Shown: piece after piece, positions 1 to 8,246 of the stretch
Position numbering within the stretch: the stretch's first letter is position 1
How the letters are laid out: each line of letters opens with the position of its first letter
Source of the DNA: an uncultured virus (IMG/VR IMGVR_UViG_3300029920_000005)
Taxonomy: Duplodnaviria > Heunggongvirae > Uroviricota > Caudoviricetes
Virus record (IMG/VR): IMGVR_UViG_3300029920_000005
Direction: 5' to 3' (one strand)
Length of the DNA stretch: 20,000 nt
Made by a program: the position numbers and the translations under genes
The notes under the pieces: model-generated
The model's input: the letters and a program-made list of their open reading frames with translations, nothing else
Told to the model about the DNA's origin: nothing
Databases searched by the model: none

Positions 1-214
1 CGACCCCGGCCCTGTTTTGACTTTGTCCGGAGCCACAATCAACCCGACTGCGCTGACCGTCGCCGGCAATAGCATTGCCATTGGTGCGGCAGTGCAGGTT
101 GTCGCATCGGGAGGGCTGACTGGCTGCCATTACCTGATTTCTATCACCGTACAGACGAGCAATCCTGACAAAGTGCTGGTGCTGAAAGCACTGCTACCGG
201 TCCTATCGACCTGA
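1..214 (+). CDS. Partial phage tail/baseplate-associated protein (5' truncated)
   Basis: The reading frame is open from the window edge to the TGA at 212-214. It is beta-rich and lies just upstream of the tail fibre gene. Confidence 0.55.
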   Translation, partial: DPGPVLTLSGATINPTALTVAGNSIAIGAAVQVVASGGLTGCHYLISITVQTSNPDKVLVLKALLPVLST

Positions 215-232
215 CGTAAATCAAGCCAATTC

Positions 233-284
233 AACCGCCTCCGGGCGGTTTTTCATTTCTACGGCCGCCAATAGGCGGTTTTTT
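233..284 (+). terminator. Two tandem rho-independent terminator-like hairpins
   Basis: AACCGCC-TCCG-GGCGGTT-TTT (233-253) and CCGCC-AATA-GGCGG-TTTTTT (265-284). Confidence 0.7.
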
Positions 285-297
285 ATTTGGGGATTAC

Positions 298-2235
298 ATG
301 AGACGGATCGAAACCTCGGTCGGGCAGCAAATTTATGAGTGGATGTGGTCTGCGCAAGCCCAGTACACCATGACCGCCATTGCCAAGGCGTGCGCGGCAT
401 TGTTTGGCACGAGCGAAACCGTAGTTAATGGCTTGACCTGCTCTGCGACCAGCCCCGCAACAATGACCGTGCAGATTGGTGCTGGCGAGATCTACCAGAT
501 AGAGCCGATCGAGGCGACCGCCTGTGGTACGTTGCCGCAAAACACGGCTTACAGCATCCTGAAACAGGGCATCCAGCTCGGCACGTACACGACCTCGACG
601 CTCGCCACCCCTGGCACCTCTGGCCAGTCGATCAATTATTTGATCGAAGCGCAGTACCAAGATCAGGATTTGAGTCTTGACCCGACGACCGGCAATAGCC
701 CTGTCGTGCTGCAGTTCTACGACGCCGCGACCCCGTCCTCGCCCTGGTCCGGCCCGAATAATGCCGGCACATCGAGCAATACCTTTCGCGACGGTATCGT
801 TGCATACCAGGTTAAGGCCGGCGTTGCCGCCGCTTCCGGCTCGCAAGTCACGCCGACCCCGGACACCGGCTATGTCGGCCTGTGGGTCGTTACTGTGCCA
901 TACGGCGCCACATCGCTGACCAGCGCCAATATCGCGCAATACGCCGGCGCCCCGATCCTGCAAGACAGCGTGCTGCAGATGCTCCTGAAGGGCAATGGCA
1001 ATTACGCCGTCGATGCCGGTGTCGCAAACGCGTATGTCGTTACTCCGACCGGCCCGGTGCCGGATGCATTGACCGACGGGCTGGAAGTGTCGTTCTATGC
1101 TGCGCACCCGAACACCACGGCCAGCACGCTGAACGCATGGGGTTCCGGCGCCAAGCCGCTGACCGGCATGGCCGGGGCTCTGCAGGGGGGTGAGATCGTC
1201 ACCGGCATGTACCGAGCCAAATATTCGACTGCGACTGGCGGCTTCCAGTTGATCGGGCAGGGTGCAGGCGCCCTGCAGGTCGCCCCCGCCACCCAGTCCG
1301 AGCACGCCGTGCAGATGGGACAGATTCAGGCGCAGGCCGGCACGGCTTTCACGTCAGCTGGTACGGCGCCGGCATATACGATTACGCCGACCCCTGCCGT
1401 TACCAACACCGCGCCAACCCGGCTGCGCGTTAAATTCCCATCGGCCGGCACGACGGGCAGTAATACGCTGGCGGCATCCGGGCAATCAGCGTTACCGCTG
1501 ATGCAGTACGCGCCCGGCGGGACATTGATCCCCGCCACTATCACCGCAGGCCTGTTGAGCGATTGCGAATGCGATGGTACGCATTGGATTGTGCTGGATC
1601 CCGTATCTGCGCCGGGCGGGTTTAGCGGGTACGGGACAATCTCTGCGTCGCGGTCGCTGACCGTCTCAGACATTGGCCAGGCGCTTTTCGCCAGCGCAAA
1701 TAACTGCACGCTCACACTGCCAACGCCGACGAGCTTGGGCGTGGTCAGTGGCGCGGCAGTCCTAATTTTTACAGATGGCGAAACGGGAACCGTTGTCACT
1801 GCCGGGTCTGGGGTAACCCTGAACGGCCCTGGCGGGGCGTCCAGCTCCATCACAATGAATAGCGGCCAATCCATGACGATTGTCGCGGTCGGGACGACTA
1901 CATGGCAGGTCGTCAGCTCAACCGCCTCGCTAGGGGCAAACGGAGATTTTGGCTCGTCGCTCGGCGGAGCCGGATACCAGAAGCTTCCGGGCGGGCTGAT
2001 TATTCAGTGGGGCTATGTGACGACAAATAGCTCAGGTGTTGCCACTTTTACACATCCAATTGCTTTCCCGAATAACAATTTCCGCGTCTTTGTTACGTAT
2101 CAATCCGGAATATTGACGGCAAATTTTGTCAACGGCGGGGGTGGAACGCTGACGGCGTCTACTGCATGCGTATCCAATGTATCGAATGCTGCAGTAAGTG
2201 GTGCGGTCGTAAACTTTTTTGTTATTGGAGACTAA
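298..2235 (+). CDS. Phage tail fibre protein
   Basis: 645 aa, rich in G/A/T/S. It has two internally similar modules (DAGVANAYVVTPT.../SAGTAPAYTITPT...) and a C-terminal GYQKLPGGLIIQWG motif typical of gp53-like fibre tips. Confidence 0.9.
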   Translation: MRRIETSVGQQIYEWMWSAQAQYTMTAIAKACAALFGTSETVVNGLTCSATSPATMTVQIGAGEIYQIEPIEATACGTLPQNTAYSILKQGIQLGTYTTSTLATPGTSGQSINYLIEAQYQDQDLSLDPTTGNSPVVLQFYDAATPSSPWSGPNNAGTSSNTFRDGIVAYQVKAGVAAASGSQVTPTPDTGYVGLWVVTVPYGATSLTSANIAQYAGAPILQDSVLQMLLKGNGNYAVDAGVANAYVVTPTGPVPDALTDGLEVSFYAAHPNTTASTLNAWGSGAKPLTGMAGALQGGEIVTGMYRAKYSTATGGFQLIGQGAGALQVAPATQSEHAVQMGQIQAQAGTAFTSAGTAPAYTITPTPAVTNTAPTRLRVKFPSAGTTGSNTLAASGQSALPLMQYAPGGTLIPATITAGLLSDCECDGTHWIVLDPVSAPGGFSGYGTISASRSLTVSDIGQALFASANNCTLTLPTPTSLGVVSGAAVLIFTDGETGTVVTAGSGVTLNGPGGASSSITMNSGQSMTIVAVGTTTWQVVSSTASLGANGDFGSSLGGAGYQKLPGGLIIQWGYVTTNSSGVATFTHPIAFPNNNFRVFVTYQSGILTANFVNGGGGTLTASTACVSNVSNAAVSGAVVNFFVIGD

Positions 2236-2237
2236 TT

Positions 2238-2795
2238 ATGGGACAAAAATTCGCAGCATACGACGCAAATGGCAATGTGACCGCGTTTTACGACAGCACC
2301 GACAGCCCGGTCCCGGCCGGTGTCAACGCAATTGAGATCACTGATACGCAGTGGCAGACGTGCCTGAATCAGGCAGGCTGGACGGTGGTCAGCGGGGTGT
2401 TGGTTGCGCCTCCCGCTCCAACGGCGGCTCAGTTACTCGCGCAAGCGCAGGTCGCGCAAATCACGAAATTGACCGCAGCATACGAAGCCGCAATCACCGC
2501 TCCGGTCAGTTATACGACGGTCGGCGGCGCGACCGCGACATTCACACAATCTGCGACGAATACGCAGAATTTGCAGAACGCCTTGGTCGCCAGCGCGAAA
2601 TCGCAGTCGTGGCCGCTTAATCTATGGCTCAATTCCAGCGGTCAGCCGGTAACGCCGTTCACCTATGCGGACCTGCAGGGCCTTGCAGCGGCAATGGAGG
2701 CTGCAGATACGCCGGAATACATGGATTTACTGACGAAAGTGGCTGCAGTGAACGCTGCGACCACGGTCGCGGCAGTGCAGTCCGTGACGTTCTGA
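2238..2795 (+). CDS. Tail fibre assembly/chaperone protein (DUF4376-like)
   Basis: ATG at 2238 follows GGAG. The MGQKFAAYDANGNVTAFYD...AIEITDTQWQ N-terminus and the TYADLQGLAAAM...ATTVAAVQSVTF C-terminus are typical of genes that follow tail fibres. Confidence 0.8.
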   Translation: MGQKFAAYDANGNVTAFYDSTDSPVPAGVNAIEITDTQWQTCLNQAGWTVVSGVLVAPPAPTAAQLLAQAQVAQITKLTAAYEAAITAPVSYTTVGGATATFTQSATNTQNLQNALVASAKSQSWPLNLWLNSSGQPVTPFTYADLQGLAAAMEAADTPEYMDLLTKVAAVNAATTVAAVQSVTF

Positions 2796-2821
2796 TCAGA
2801 CATCCCAGCAGCAAACAATAA

Positions 2822-2843
2822 CCCGCCGCGAGCGGGATTTTTT
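2822..2843 (+). terminator. Rho-independent terminator
   Basis: CCCGC-CGCGA-GCGGG-ATTTTTT. Confidence 0.7.
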
Positions 2844-2862
2844 ATGACAGAAATGAGGCGAA

Positions 2863-3108
2863 ATGACAATCACCGAGGTGCTTCTGTCCATCATGAGCGG
2901 GCTGCTGTCGATCCTGCTGGCTGCCATTGGCTGGTGGCTGGTCAACCTGCATGACAAGCACGAAAGGTTGCGCGCAGCGCACGAGGAATTGCGTGTCGAG
3001 GTAGCGGGCCAGTTCTTGAAAAAGGATGAGATCCGGGAGATGTTCAGTGAATTTAAGCGCGACCTCACGGAATTAATTGAGCGCGCAACTGGAAAGGGAA
3101 GGGAATGA
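2863..3108 (+). CDS. Holin-like/membrane protein (1 TM + coiled coil)
   Basis: N-terminal hydrophobic helix and charged C-terminus. Its stop overlaps the endolysin start (ATGA). Confidence 0.6.
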   Translation: MTITEVLLSIMSGLLSILLAAIGWWLVNLHDKHERLRAAHEELRVEVAGQFLKKDEIREMFSEFKRDLTELIERATGKGRE

Positions 3109-3569
3109 ACCAGACATTACTTGAAGCTGAATTGCGCAGGGACGAGGGTGTGCGTTACACGATCTATCTGGACACGGCCACGCCACCTCGGCGGACCGTA
3201 GGGGTTGGCCACAACATCGACGCAAAGCCACTGCCGGCCGGCTGGACCTGTCCGCTGACTGATGCGCAGGTCGACCAGTTGCTGGCCGAGGATCTGCAGT
3301 CTGTTTTCGCTGGCCTTGATGCGCATCTGCCATGGTGGCGCCAGCTTGACGATGTGCGCTCGCGCGTCATCGCGAACATGGCGTTCAACATGGGTACCGG
3401 CGCGCTACTTGGGTTCCCGCATGCGCTCGCTTGCATGCAGTCCGGCGACTATTCAGGGGCCGCTGCGCAGATGGAAGCTAGCGCCTGGTATCGCGAAGTT
3501 GGCGCGCGCGCCGTGCGTCTGTGCCAGGCCATGGCCACCGGCGTGATGCCGGACGAGCCAGCCGTCTAA
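3105..3569 (+). CDS. Endolysin, T4-like lysozyme (GH24)
   Basis: LRRDEG..IYLDT...TVGVGHN catalytic region, NMAFNMG motif, and WYREVGARA C-terminus. Confidence 0.92.
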   Translation: MNQTLLEAELRRDEGVRYTIYLDTATPPRRTVGVGHNIDAKPLPAGWTCPLTDAQVDQLLAEDLQSVFAGLDAHLPWWRQLDDVRSRVIANMAFNMGTGALLGFPHALACMQSGDYSGAAAQMEASAWYREVGARAVRLCQAMATGVMPDEPAV

Positions 3570-3594
3570 ACACATAATTTAATGTGTAAAACAC

Positions 3595-3615
3595 ACCCGC
3601 TTCGGCGGGTTTTTT
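3595..3615 (+). terminator. Rho-independent terminator (UUCG loop)
   Basis: ACCCGC-TTCG-GCGGGT-TTTTT. Confidence 0.8.
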
Positions 3616-3631
3616 CGTTTGTGGAGCCAAT

Positions 3632-4234
3632 ATGCCCGAATCCCTGCAGTCTTTTGACCTGGTCGACCTTGCGCAGTATACGAAAGAGGGCGCGTACTCG
3701 CCCACTGCCTCGAAGGACTTTCACTTGTTCTATGTTGGGCGTGATGACGTCCATGACATCCTGAAGCACGTTCTGTCCCGCGTCACCGTGAGCCTGTACC
3801 TCAACATGTTCGGCTACGACGATGACGAGCTGAACGAAATCATTATGGGCATCGTCCACGACCCGTCGATCACCTGCGTCATCACCCTGGACAAGTCCCA
3901 GGCCGGTGGCGTGCACGAAAAGCGTTTACTGGACTCCGACGCCGCGCGCGACCCGGTGGGCTTCAACACGCACTTTGTCATCGGCAATTCCGCAACCCAT
4001 CAGATCAGCCACACCAAGGGCTTTGTTGCTGACGGCAAGGTCGGAGGCGAAGGCTCAACCAACTGGAGCAACTCCGGCGAGGGCACGTTTGTCGTCAAGG
4101 GGCAGCCTGGCGGCATCGGCTACAAGGCGCAGAACAACACTCAAACCATTTTCACCTGTCCTGATGCGCTCGCCCGGTTCCAAGCCGAACTGCTGGCAGA
4201 ACACATCGCAGCACAGCGCAAAGCATCCACGTAA
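3632..4234 (+). CDS. Phospholipase D superfamily protein, single HKD (Nuc/Zucchini-like)
   Basis: HTKGFVAD (HxKxxxxD) followed by GSTNWS and a later QNN. GGAG RBS. Confidence 0.85.
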   Translation: MPESLQSFDLVDLAQYTKEGAYSPTASKDFHLFYVGRDDVHDILKHVLSRVTVSLYLNMFGYDDDELNEIIMGIVHDPSITCVITLDKSQAGGVHEKRLLDSDAARDPVGFNTHFVIGNSATHQISHTKGFVADGKVGGEGSTNWSNSGEGTFVVKGQPGGIGYKAQNNTQTIFTCPDALARFQAELLAEHIAAQRKAST

Positions 4235-4243
4235 GGAGCCGAA

Positions 4244-4474
4244 ATGCCTAAATTCGATCAGAAGTTCATCGGGGCCGCGCTGATTCTCGCCGCCTGGTAT
4301 GCGCTGGTGCTGCAGGGGTTGGCGCCGGTAACGCAGTTCATCGACACACTGCAGGTGGCGTTGGCCGGTCTGGGCGTATATCACGTCGCCAGTAATCGCC
4401 CGCCGCCCGCGACTACAGTCGCATCCGTGCAAATCTCACCCGCCCAGCAATCCACTCAGGAGTCCTCGCAATGA
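4244..4474 (+). CDS. Small 2-TM membrane protein, holin-like
   Basis: Two hydrophobic segments and an AAGGAG RBS. Confidence 0.6.
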   Translation: MPKFDQKFIGAALILAAWYALVLQGLAPVTQFIDTLQVALAGLGVYHVASNRPPPATTVASVQISPAQQSTQESSQ

Positions 4475-4905
4475 AAAAGATCCTCACCCTGATCGTCGTC
4501 GCATTCGCCTTTTGCCTGGCTGGCTGCGCCTCGCTACCGAAAGCGGCGACCGCTCAAACCCCGGCGCAAGTCGCCGCGCAGGTCTGCCCGTCACTGCAAT
4601 CGGTCGTCTCGGTGTTGTCCGTGCCGGGCGCCATCGATGCGTCCGACGCAGCCAATGTAGCCAAGGCTGCACCGGTCATCGCCTCGGTCTGCTACGCGCC
4701 TGCCGCCGCCACCGCCATCAACCTGAAGTCGTTGCAGGTCGACGCCGTGCCGGTATTGCTCAAAGCGATCCAGGCTGCGCCGAACATCTCTTCCAAGGAT
4801 AAGCAGGACGCTACACTCGGCATCGCCATCGCTCAGGCCGCGATTGCGCCAGTGATCGCTCAAGCCGAGGCGTCTGCGCCGCTGACAGCGAGTGCCGCAA
4901 AATGA
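4471..4905 (+). CDS. Lipoprotein (possible spanin-like)
   Basis: Signal peptide MKKILTLIVVAFAFC followed by lipobox LAGC. Ala-rich helical body with two further Cys. Confidence 0.8.
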   Translation: MKKILTLIVVAFAFCLAGCASLPKAATAQTPAQVAAQVCPSLQSVVSVLSVPGAIDASDAANVAKAAPVIASVCYAPAAATAINLKSLQVDAVPVLLKAIQAAPNISSKDKQDATLGIAIAQAAIAPVIAQAEASAPLTASAAK

Positions 4906-5024
4906 TCCACGACATCCTCATTGCAGTCGGTGGTTTCGTCGGCGGCGTCATTGCGCTGGCCGTTGTTGGTCCGCTCGTAGCTGCGCTGTTCGGCGGCTGG
5001 GTTATGTGGAGGGGTAGCAAATGA
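4902..5024 (+). CDS. 40-aa hydrophobic membrane peptide (not in ORF track)
   Basis: MIHDILIAVGGFVGGVIALAVVGPLVAALFGGWVMWRGSK. It has ATGA overlaps with both neighbours (4902-4905 and 5021-5024). Confidence 0.7.
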   Translation: MIHDILIAVGGFVGGVIALAVVGPLVAALFGGWVMWRGSK

Positions 5025-5818
5025 GCAAAATCCGACTCGCATTCTCGGGGTCGGGCTTCCGGTTGGGGGCGCACATCGGCGCCCTGAAAGCCGTGCTCGA
5101 TGCCGGATATGACGTGGTTGAGGTCGCGGGCACGTCCGGTGGCTCGATCTGCGCCGCATTGTTTGCCGCCGGCATGCCGATTGTCGACATGGTTGAGCTC
5201 GTCTCTACGATGGACTGGTCGCCGCTGCTGACGTTCGATCCGTGGTCCGGTCTGCGCAATGGCGGCTACTGCTCGGGCGACAAGCTGCTGGCGTTTCTGC
5301 ACGGTAAAACCGGTGGCAAAACGTTCGCCGAATTGTCGATCGACCTGAAAATTATCGCGTCCGACCTGGGCGGCGAAAAGCAGGTTGTATTCAGTAAGGC
5401 AACCACGCCTGACATGCCGATTGCCCTGGCCGCGCGCGCCAGCGCGTCGATCCCGTTCGTCTACACTCCGGTCAAATATCAAGGCATGACCCTGGTGGAT
5501 GGCGGGTGCTGTGACAACCTGCCCGCCGACGCACTGACGGTCGACGCCGCGCCGCGCCTCGGCGTTTATCTCCTGTCGGACGATCCGCCGGCTCAAAGCA
5601 TGGATCTGGCCACGATGGCCGGGCGGGTGATCGATTTGATGTTGGCGAGCAATGAAGATTTGCATGTCGCCAGCGCAGAAAAATCCGGCGCGCGAATCGT
5701 GCGCGTTGAAACCGCGTACGCAAACTCGCTGGATCGAAATATGCCGGCGGCGATCCGTCAGCGCCTGTTTGATGATGGATATGCAGCGGCCGACGCGGCA
5801 CTGAAAGGCATGGCATGA
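5021..5818 (+). CDS. Patatin-like phospholipase
   Basis: SGSGFR oxyanion loop, GTSGG nucleophile elbow, ASASIP motif and DGG catalytic Asp motif. Confidence 0.92.
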   Translation: MSKIRLAFSGSGFRLGAHIGALKAVLDAGYDVVEVAGTSGGSICAALFAAGMPIVDMVELVSTMDWSPLLTFDPWSGLRNGGYCSGDKLLAFLHGKTGGKTFAELSIDLKIIASDLGGEKQVVFSKATTPDMPIALAARASASIPFVYTPVKYQGMTLVDGGCCDNLPADALTVDAAPRLGVYLLSDDPPAQSMDLATMAGRVIDLMLASNEDLHVASAEKSGARIVRVETAYANSLDRNMPAAIRQRLFDDGYAAADAALKGMA

Positions 5819-6165
5819 GCAAGCTGCGCGAAGTAGCCCCGGGCTTGATGCGGTTCAAGTGTCCGGGGTGCGGTGGCTTCCATGATATCCCGGTTCGGAG
5901 CGCGTCTGAGCCTGGCTCGCAATGGATCTGGAATGGCAGTGTCGACAGGCCGACCCTGACACCGAGCGTACTGGCTCGATCCGGTCACTACATAGACCCG
6001 GGCAGTTGCTGGTGCAAGTACTACGCAGAGCATCCGGAAAAGACTCCGCATTTCAAGTGCGGAATCTGTCACTCATTCGTCACTGACGGATATATCCAAT
6101 ATCTGACCGATTGCACCCACGCGCTCGCAGGCCAGACTGTAGCGCTTCCTGACATCGAGGAGTGA
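5815..6165 (+). CDS. DUF6527-like Cys/His-rich protein
   Basis: CPGC..H, WNGSVDRPTLTPSVL and CHSFVTDGYIQYLTDCTHALAG motifs. Confidence 0.75.
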   Translation: MSKLREVAPGLMRFKCPGCGGFHDIPVRSASEPGSQWIWNGSVDRPTLTPSVLARSGHYIDPGSCWCKYYAEHPEKTPHFKCGICHSFVTDGYIQYLTDCTHALAGQTVALPDIEE

Positions 6166-6437
6166 ATGTGAAAAAGTACAAAATCAAAAGAATGGCCGCC
6201 ACGCTGGTGCTGCTGCTGATCGGCTTCGCGGTCGGCTGGGACGTGGGCGCATGGCGCGCACCAGTGGTGCGGACGGTCATCCGGTTCGTGCAGCCACTGC
6301 CGACACCGTCGTGTCCGGTCATTAAGTCAGCGGCGACGCCGGCTAAGCATGCCCACAGGCACCATCGGCATCATCATTGGCGCGCGGTCGCGTGCGTCAA
6401 TCCGCCCGGCTCAGCGCCAGCCGTATCCCCTCGCTGA
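6162..6437 (+). CDS. Membrane-anchored protein with Pro/His-rich tail
   Basis: GTG start overlaps the upstream stop (GTGA). Basic N-terminus plus one TM, and an HAHRHHRHHH tract. Confidence 0.55.
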   Translation: MNVKKYKIKRMAATLVLLLIGFAVGWDVGAWRAPVVRTVIRFVQPLPTPSCPVIKSAATPAKHAHRHHRHHHWRAVACVNPPGSAPAVSPR

Positions 6438-6780
6438 CATTCCCGTCACCCAGGCGCTTCGCTGCCTCAAGGCTCGCGGCGTCAAGGTACACATTGACCC
6501 GCTTGCCCCCCTCCATCTCTGCTGGCCGCCCGACTGTAGGCCACTCGATTTCGTCCAGCTTGTCGCGCCAGTAGTCCGCCGTGCCGGGCGTGCGGTCAAA
6601 GCGGTGGAACGCGATCTGGCGATTGCTATAGGTCAGTACGGCGGCGAGCTTCTGCCCGTCGAGGTCGCTCCGATTGACGAGCGCGACAAAAGCCTCGGAG
6701 GCGGCGCCTTGGTCAGCCGTAATGGTCTTCGACTCAGGCAGTACCTGCTGATCGAAGGTGCGCAAATAGACTCGATACAT
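6397..6780 (-). CDS. Hypothetical protein with C-terminal RHH-like DNA-binding segment
   Basis: GGAG RBS. The C-terminal GRPAEMEGGKRVNVYLDAASLEAAKRLGDGNVSEGIRLAL has a strand-helix-helix pattern. Confidence 0.7.
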   Translation of the reverse strand: MYRVYLRTFDQQVLPESKTITADQGAASEAFVALVNRSDLDGQKLAAVLTYSNRQIAFHRFDRTPGTADYWRDKLDEIEWPTVGRPAEMEGGKRVNVYLDAASLEAAKRLGDGNVSEGIRLALSRAD

Positions 6781-6827
6781 GGCGATCTCCGGCGAAAAGC
6801 CCCGGCCTCCCGGGGCGTAATATGGTT

Positions 6828-7109
6828 TTATTTTTGAGTCGCAGCTTTTGCGAAAGCCTTCCCGTACCGGATCGCTGCGGCGGCATCAAAATTCGCGCCT
6901 CCCTCACTCAAAAATTCAAGCTGCGCTTCCAGTGCGGCCTCGTCGACCGCGTACCCGCTTTCGATTTGAGCCTCAGCCGCGTACTGCCCGGCCAGCTGCT
7001 CGGCGGTAAATTCGATGCCCTGCATGCCCTCGGTAAATGGCGCATCGTTGATCAGGTCTACTACGGCGGCAAAGCTTGCGGCGCTGCGGATCGATAGGCT
7101 GGCGTACAT
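6828..7109 (-). CDS. Hypothetical acidic protein
   Basis: ATG at 7109 follows GGAGAATCGC. 93 aa. Confidence 0.7.
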   Translation of the reverse strand: MYASLSIRSAASFAAVVDLINDAPFTEGMQGIEFTAEQLAGQYAAEAQIESGYAVDEAALEAQLEFLSEGGANFDAAAAIRYGKAFAKAATQK

Positions 7110-7193
7110 GCGATTCTCCAAATTTCGTGCGGCATATGCCGCGCTGCCTGTTCGGCAGTGAAGAGGAGGCCCGGTTTCCCGGGCTGTTTTCGA

Positions 7194-7535
7194 TTATTGG
7201 GTTACTTCGGTGGCGACGATCTCGCTGGGGGCGCCAAGCTGCGCAACCATGTCGTCTTCGGACTTGTAACCAGCGTCTTGTGCTGCGATATCGCGGGCCT
7301 GTTGAGCGGTTTCGGCTTCGATCAGGCCGAAATCGCAGGCGTTTGCCGTGACCTGCCAGGTCTTCATTTGATTACCAAGAGCGACGACGCCGTCTTCGTC
7401 AACGATGCGCAGACCGCGCCAGCCCAGATTGCTTTCCAGCTCCGCCAATGCCGATTTTGCTTCTGCCAGGGTTTCGAAATCACCTTCAGCTACGGGTTCG
7501 AACTGAAAGCTGGTGCGCGATTGAATGGTGAACAT
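7194..7535 (-). CDS. Hypothetical acidic protein
   Basis: AAAGGA RBS. First gene after the promoter at about 7610-7637. Confidence 0.7.
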   Translation of the reverse strand: MFTIQSRTSFQFEPVAEGDFETLAEAKSALAELESNLGWRGLRIVDEDGVVALGNQMKTWQVTANACDFGLIEAETAQQARDIAAQDAGYKSEDDMVAQLGAPSEIVATEVTQ

Positions 7536-7609
7536 GATGGCGATCCTTTATCTGATCTTCCCGGAACCCGCCGGTGCGGTGGATGGTGTTGTTTGCCGTC
7601 CATGAGTTA

Positions 7610-7637
7610 ATTATATACACACTAAATTATTTTGCAA
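7610..7637 (-). promoter_or_regulatory. Sigma70 promoter for the leftward 3-gene operon
   Basis: The minus strand reads TTGCAA-16 nt-TATAAT within an AT-rich island. Confidence 0.65.
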
Positions 7638-7676
7638 GAATTATGTATGTATAAAACAAAATATTCTGAGGTGCGC

Positions 7677-8246
7677 ATGAAGAAAGGCAAAGTCTCGAAG
7701 CTCAGACCGACGCAATGCGTCGTCGGCCTGGCTGAGGTCGCGGTCAAAAAGGCCGAGCTGTCGGCGCTATCGCCGCGCAAGCTGGATGAATACTTGCTGG
7801 CGCACCCGATTCCGTGCGTAGTCGGCCCGGGCGAGCATTTACACCTGGTCGATCATCATCACATGGGGCTGGCGCTGACGCAGATGAATCACCCTGACTG
7901 CTACATCGAGGTCGTGCATGACCTGTCGACCGTGCCGGAGGGTAAATTCCATCGCGTGATGCAGGCGCTGGATCTACTGTACCTGCGCGCTGATGGGCAG
8001 GATTTGCCGTTGTACCGACTACCGAAGCGCCTGGCCGACCTGGCTGATGATCCATACCGGTCGCTGGCCGGGTTCGTGCGCAAGCGCGACGGGTTCGTCA
8101 AAGTGCCGGTGCCGTACACTGAGTTCGCATGGGCTGACTTTTTCCGCTCGCGAGTGCGTATCGACGATTGGAGCGCGGCGATTGAGCGGGCGTTAGAACT
8201 GGCGGTGTCGATTGAGGCGCAGTATCTTCCGGGGTTTGCTGGTTAA
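7677..8246 (+). CDS. ParB-like nuclease-domain protein (ParBc_2 family)
   Basis: LRPTQ..VG, GP...LVDHHH, DDPYRSLAG and EFAWADFFR motifs. ATG at 7677 follows GAGGT. Confidence 0.85.
   Translation: MKKGKVSKLRPTQCVVGLAEVAVKKAELSALSPRKLDEYLLAHPIPCVVGPGEHLHLVDHHHMGLALTQMNHPDCYIEVVHDLSTVPEGKFHRVMQALDLLYLRADGQDLPLYRLPKRLADLADDPYRSLAGFVRKRDGFVKVPVPYTEFAWADFFRSRVRIDDWSAAIERALELAVSIEAQYLPGFAG

Noticed and set aside
283..1305. Long antisense ORFs (also 4811-5665, 17643-18281 and others)
   Set aside because: These are shadow ORFs opposite well-supported genes in GC-rich DNA.
5021..5818. CBASS system with CapV-like effector
   Set aside because: No CD-NTase or other CBASS gene is recognisable in the window.
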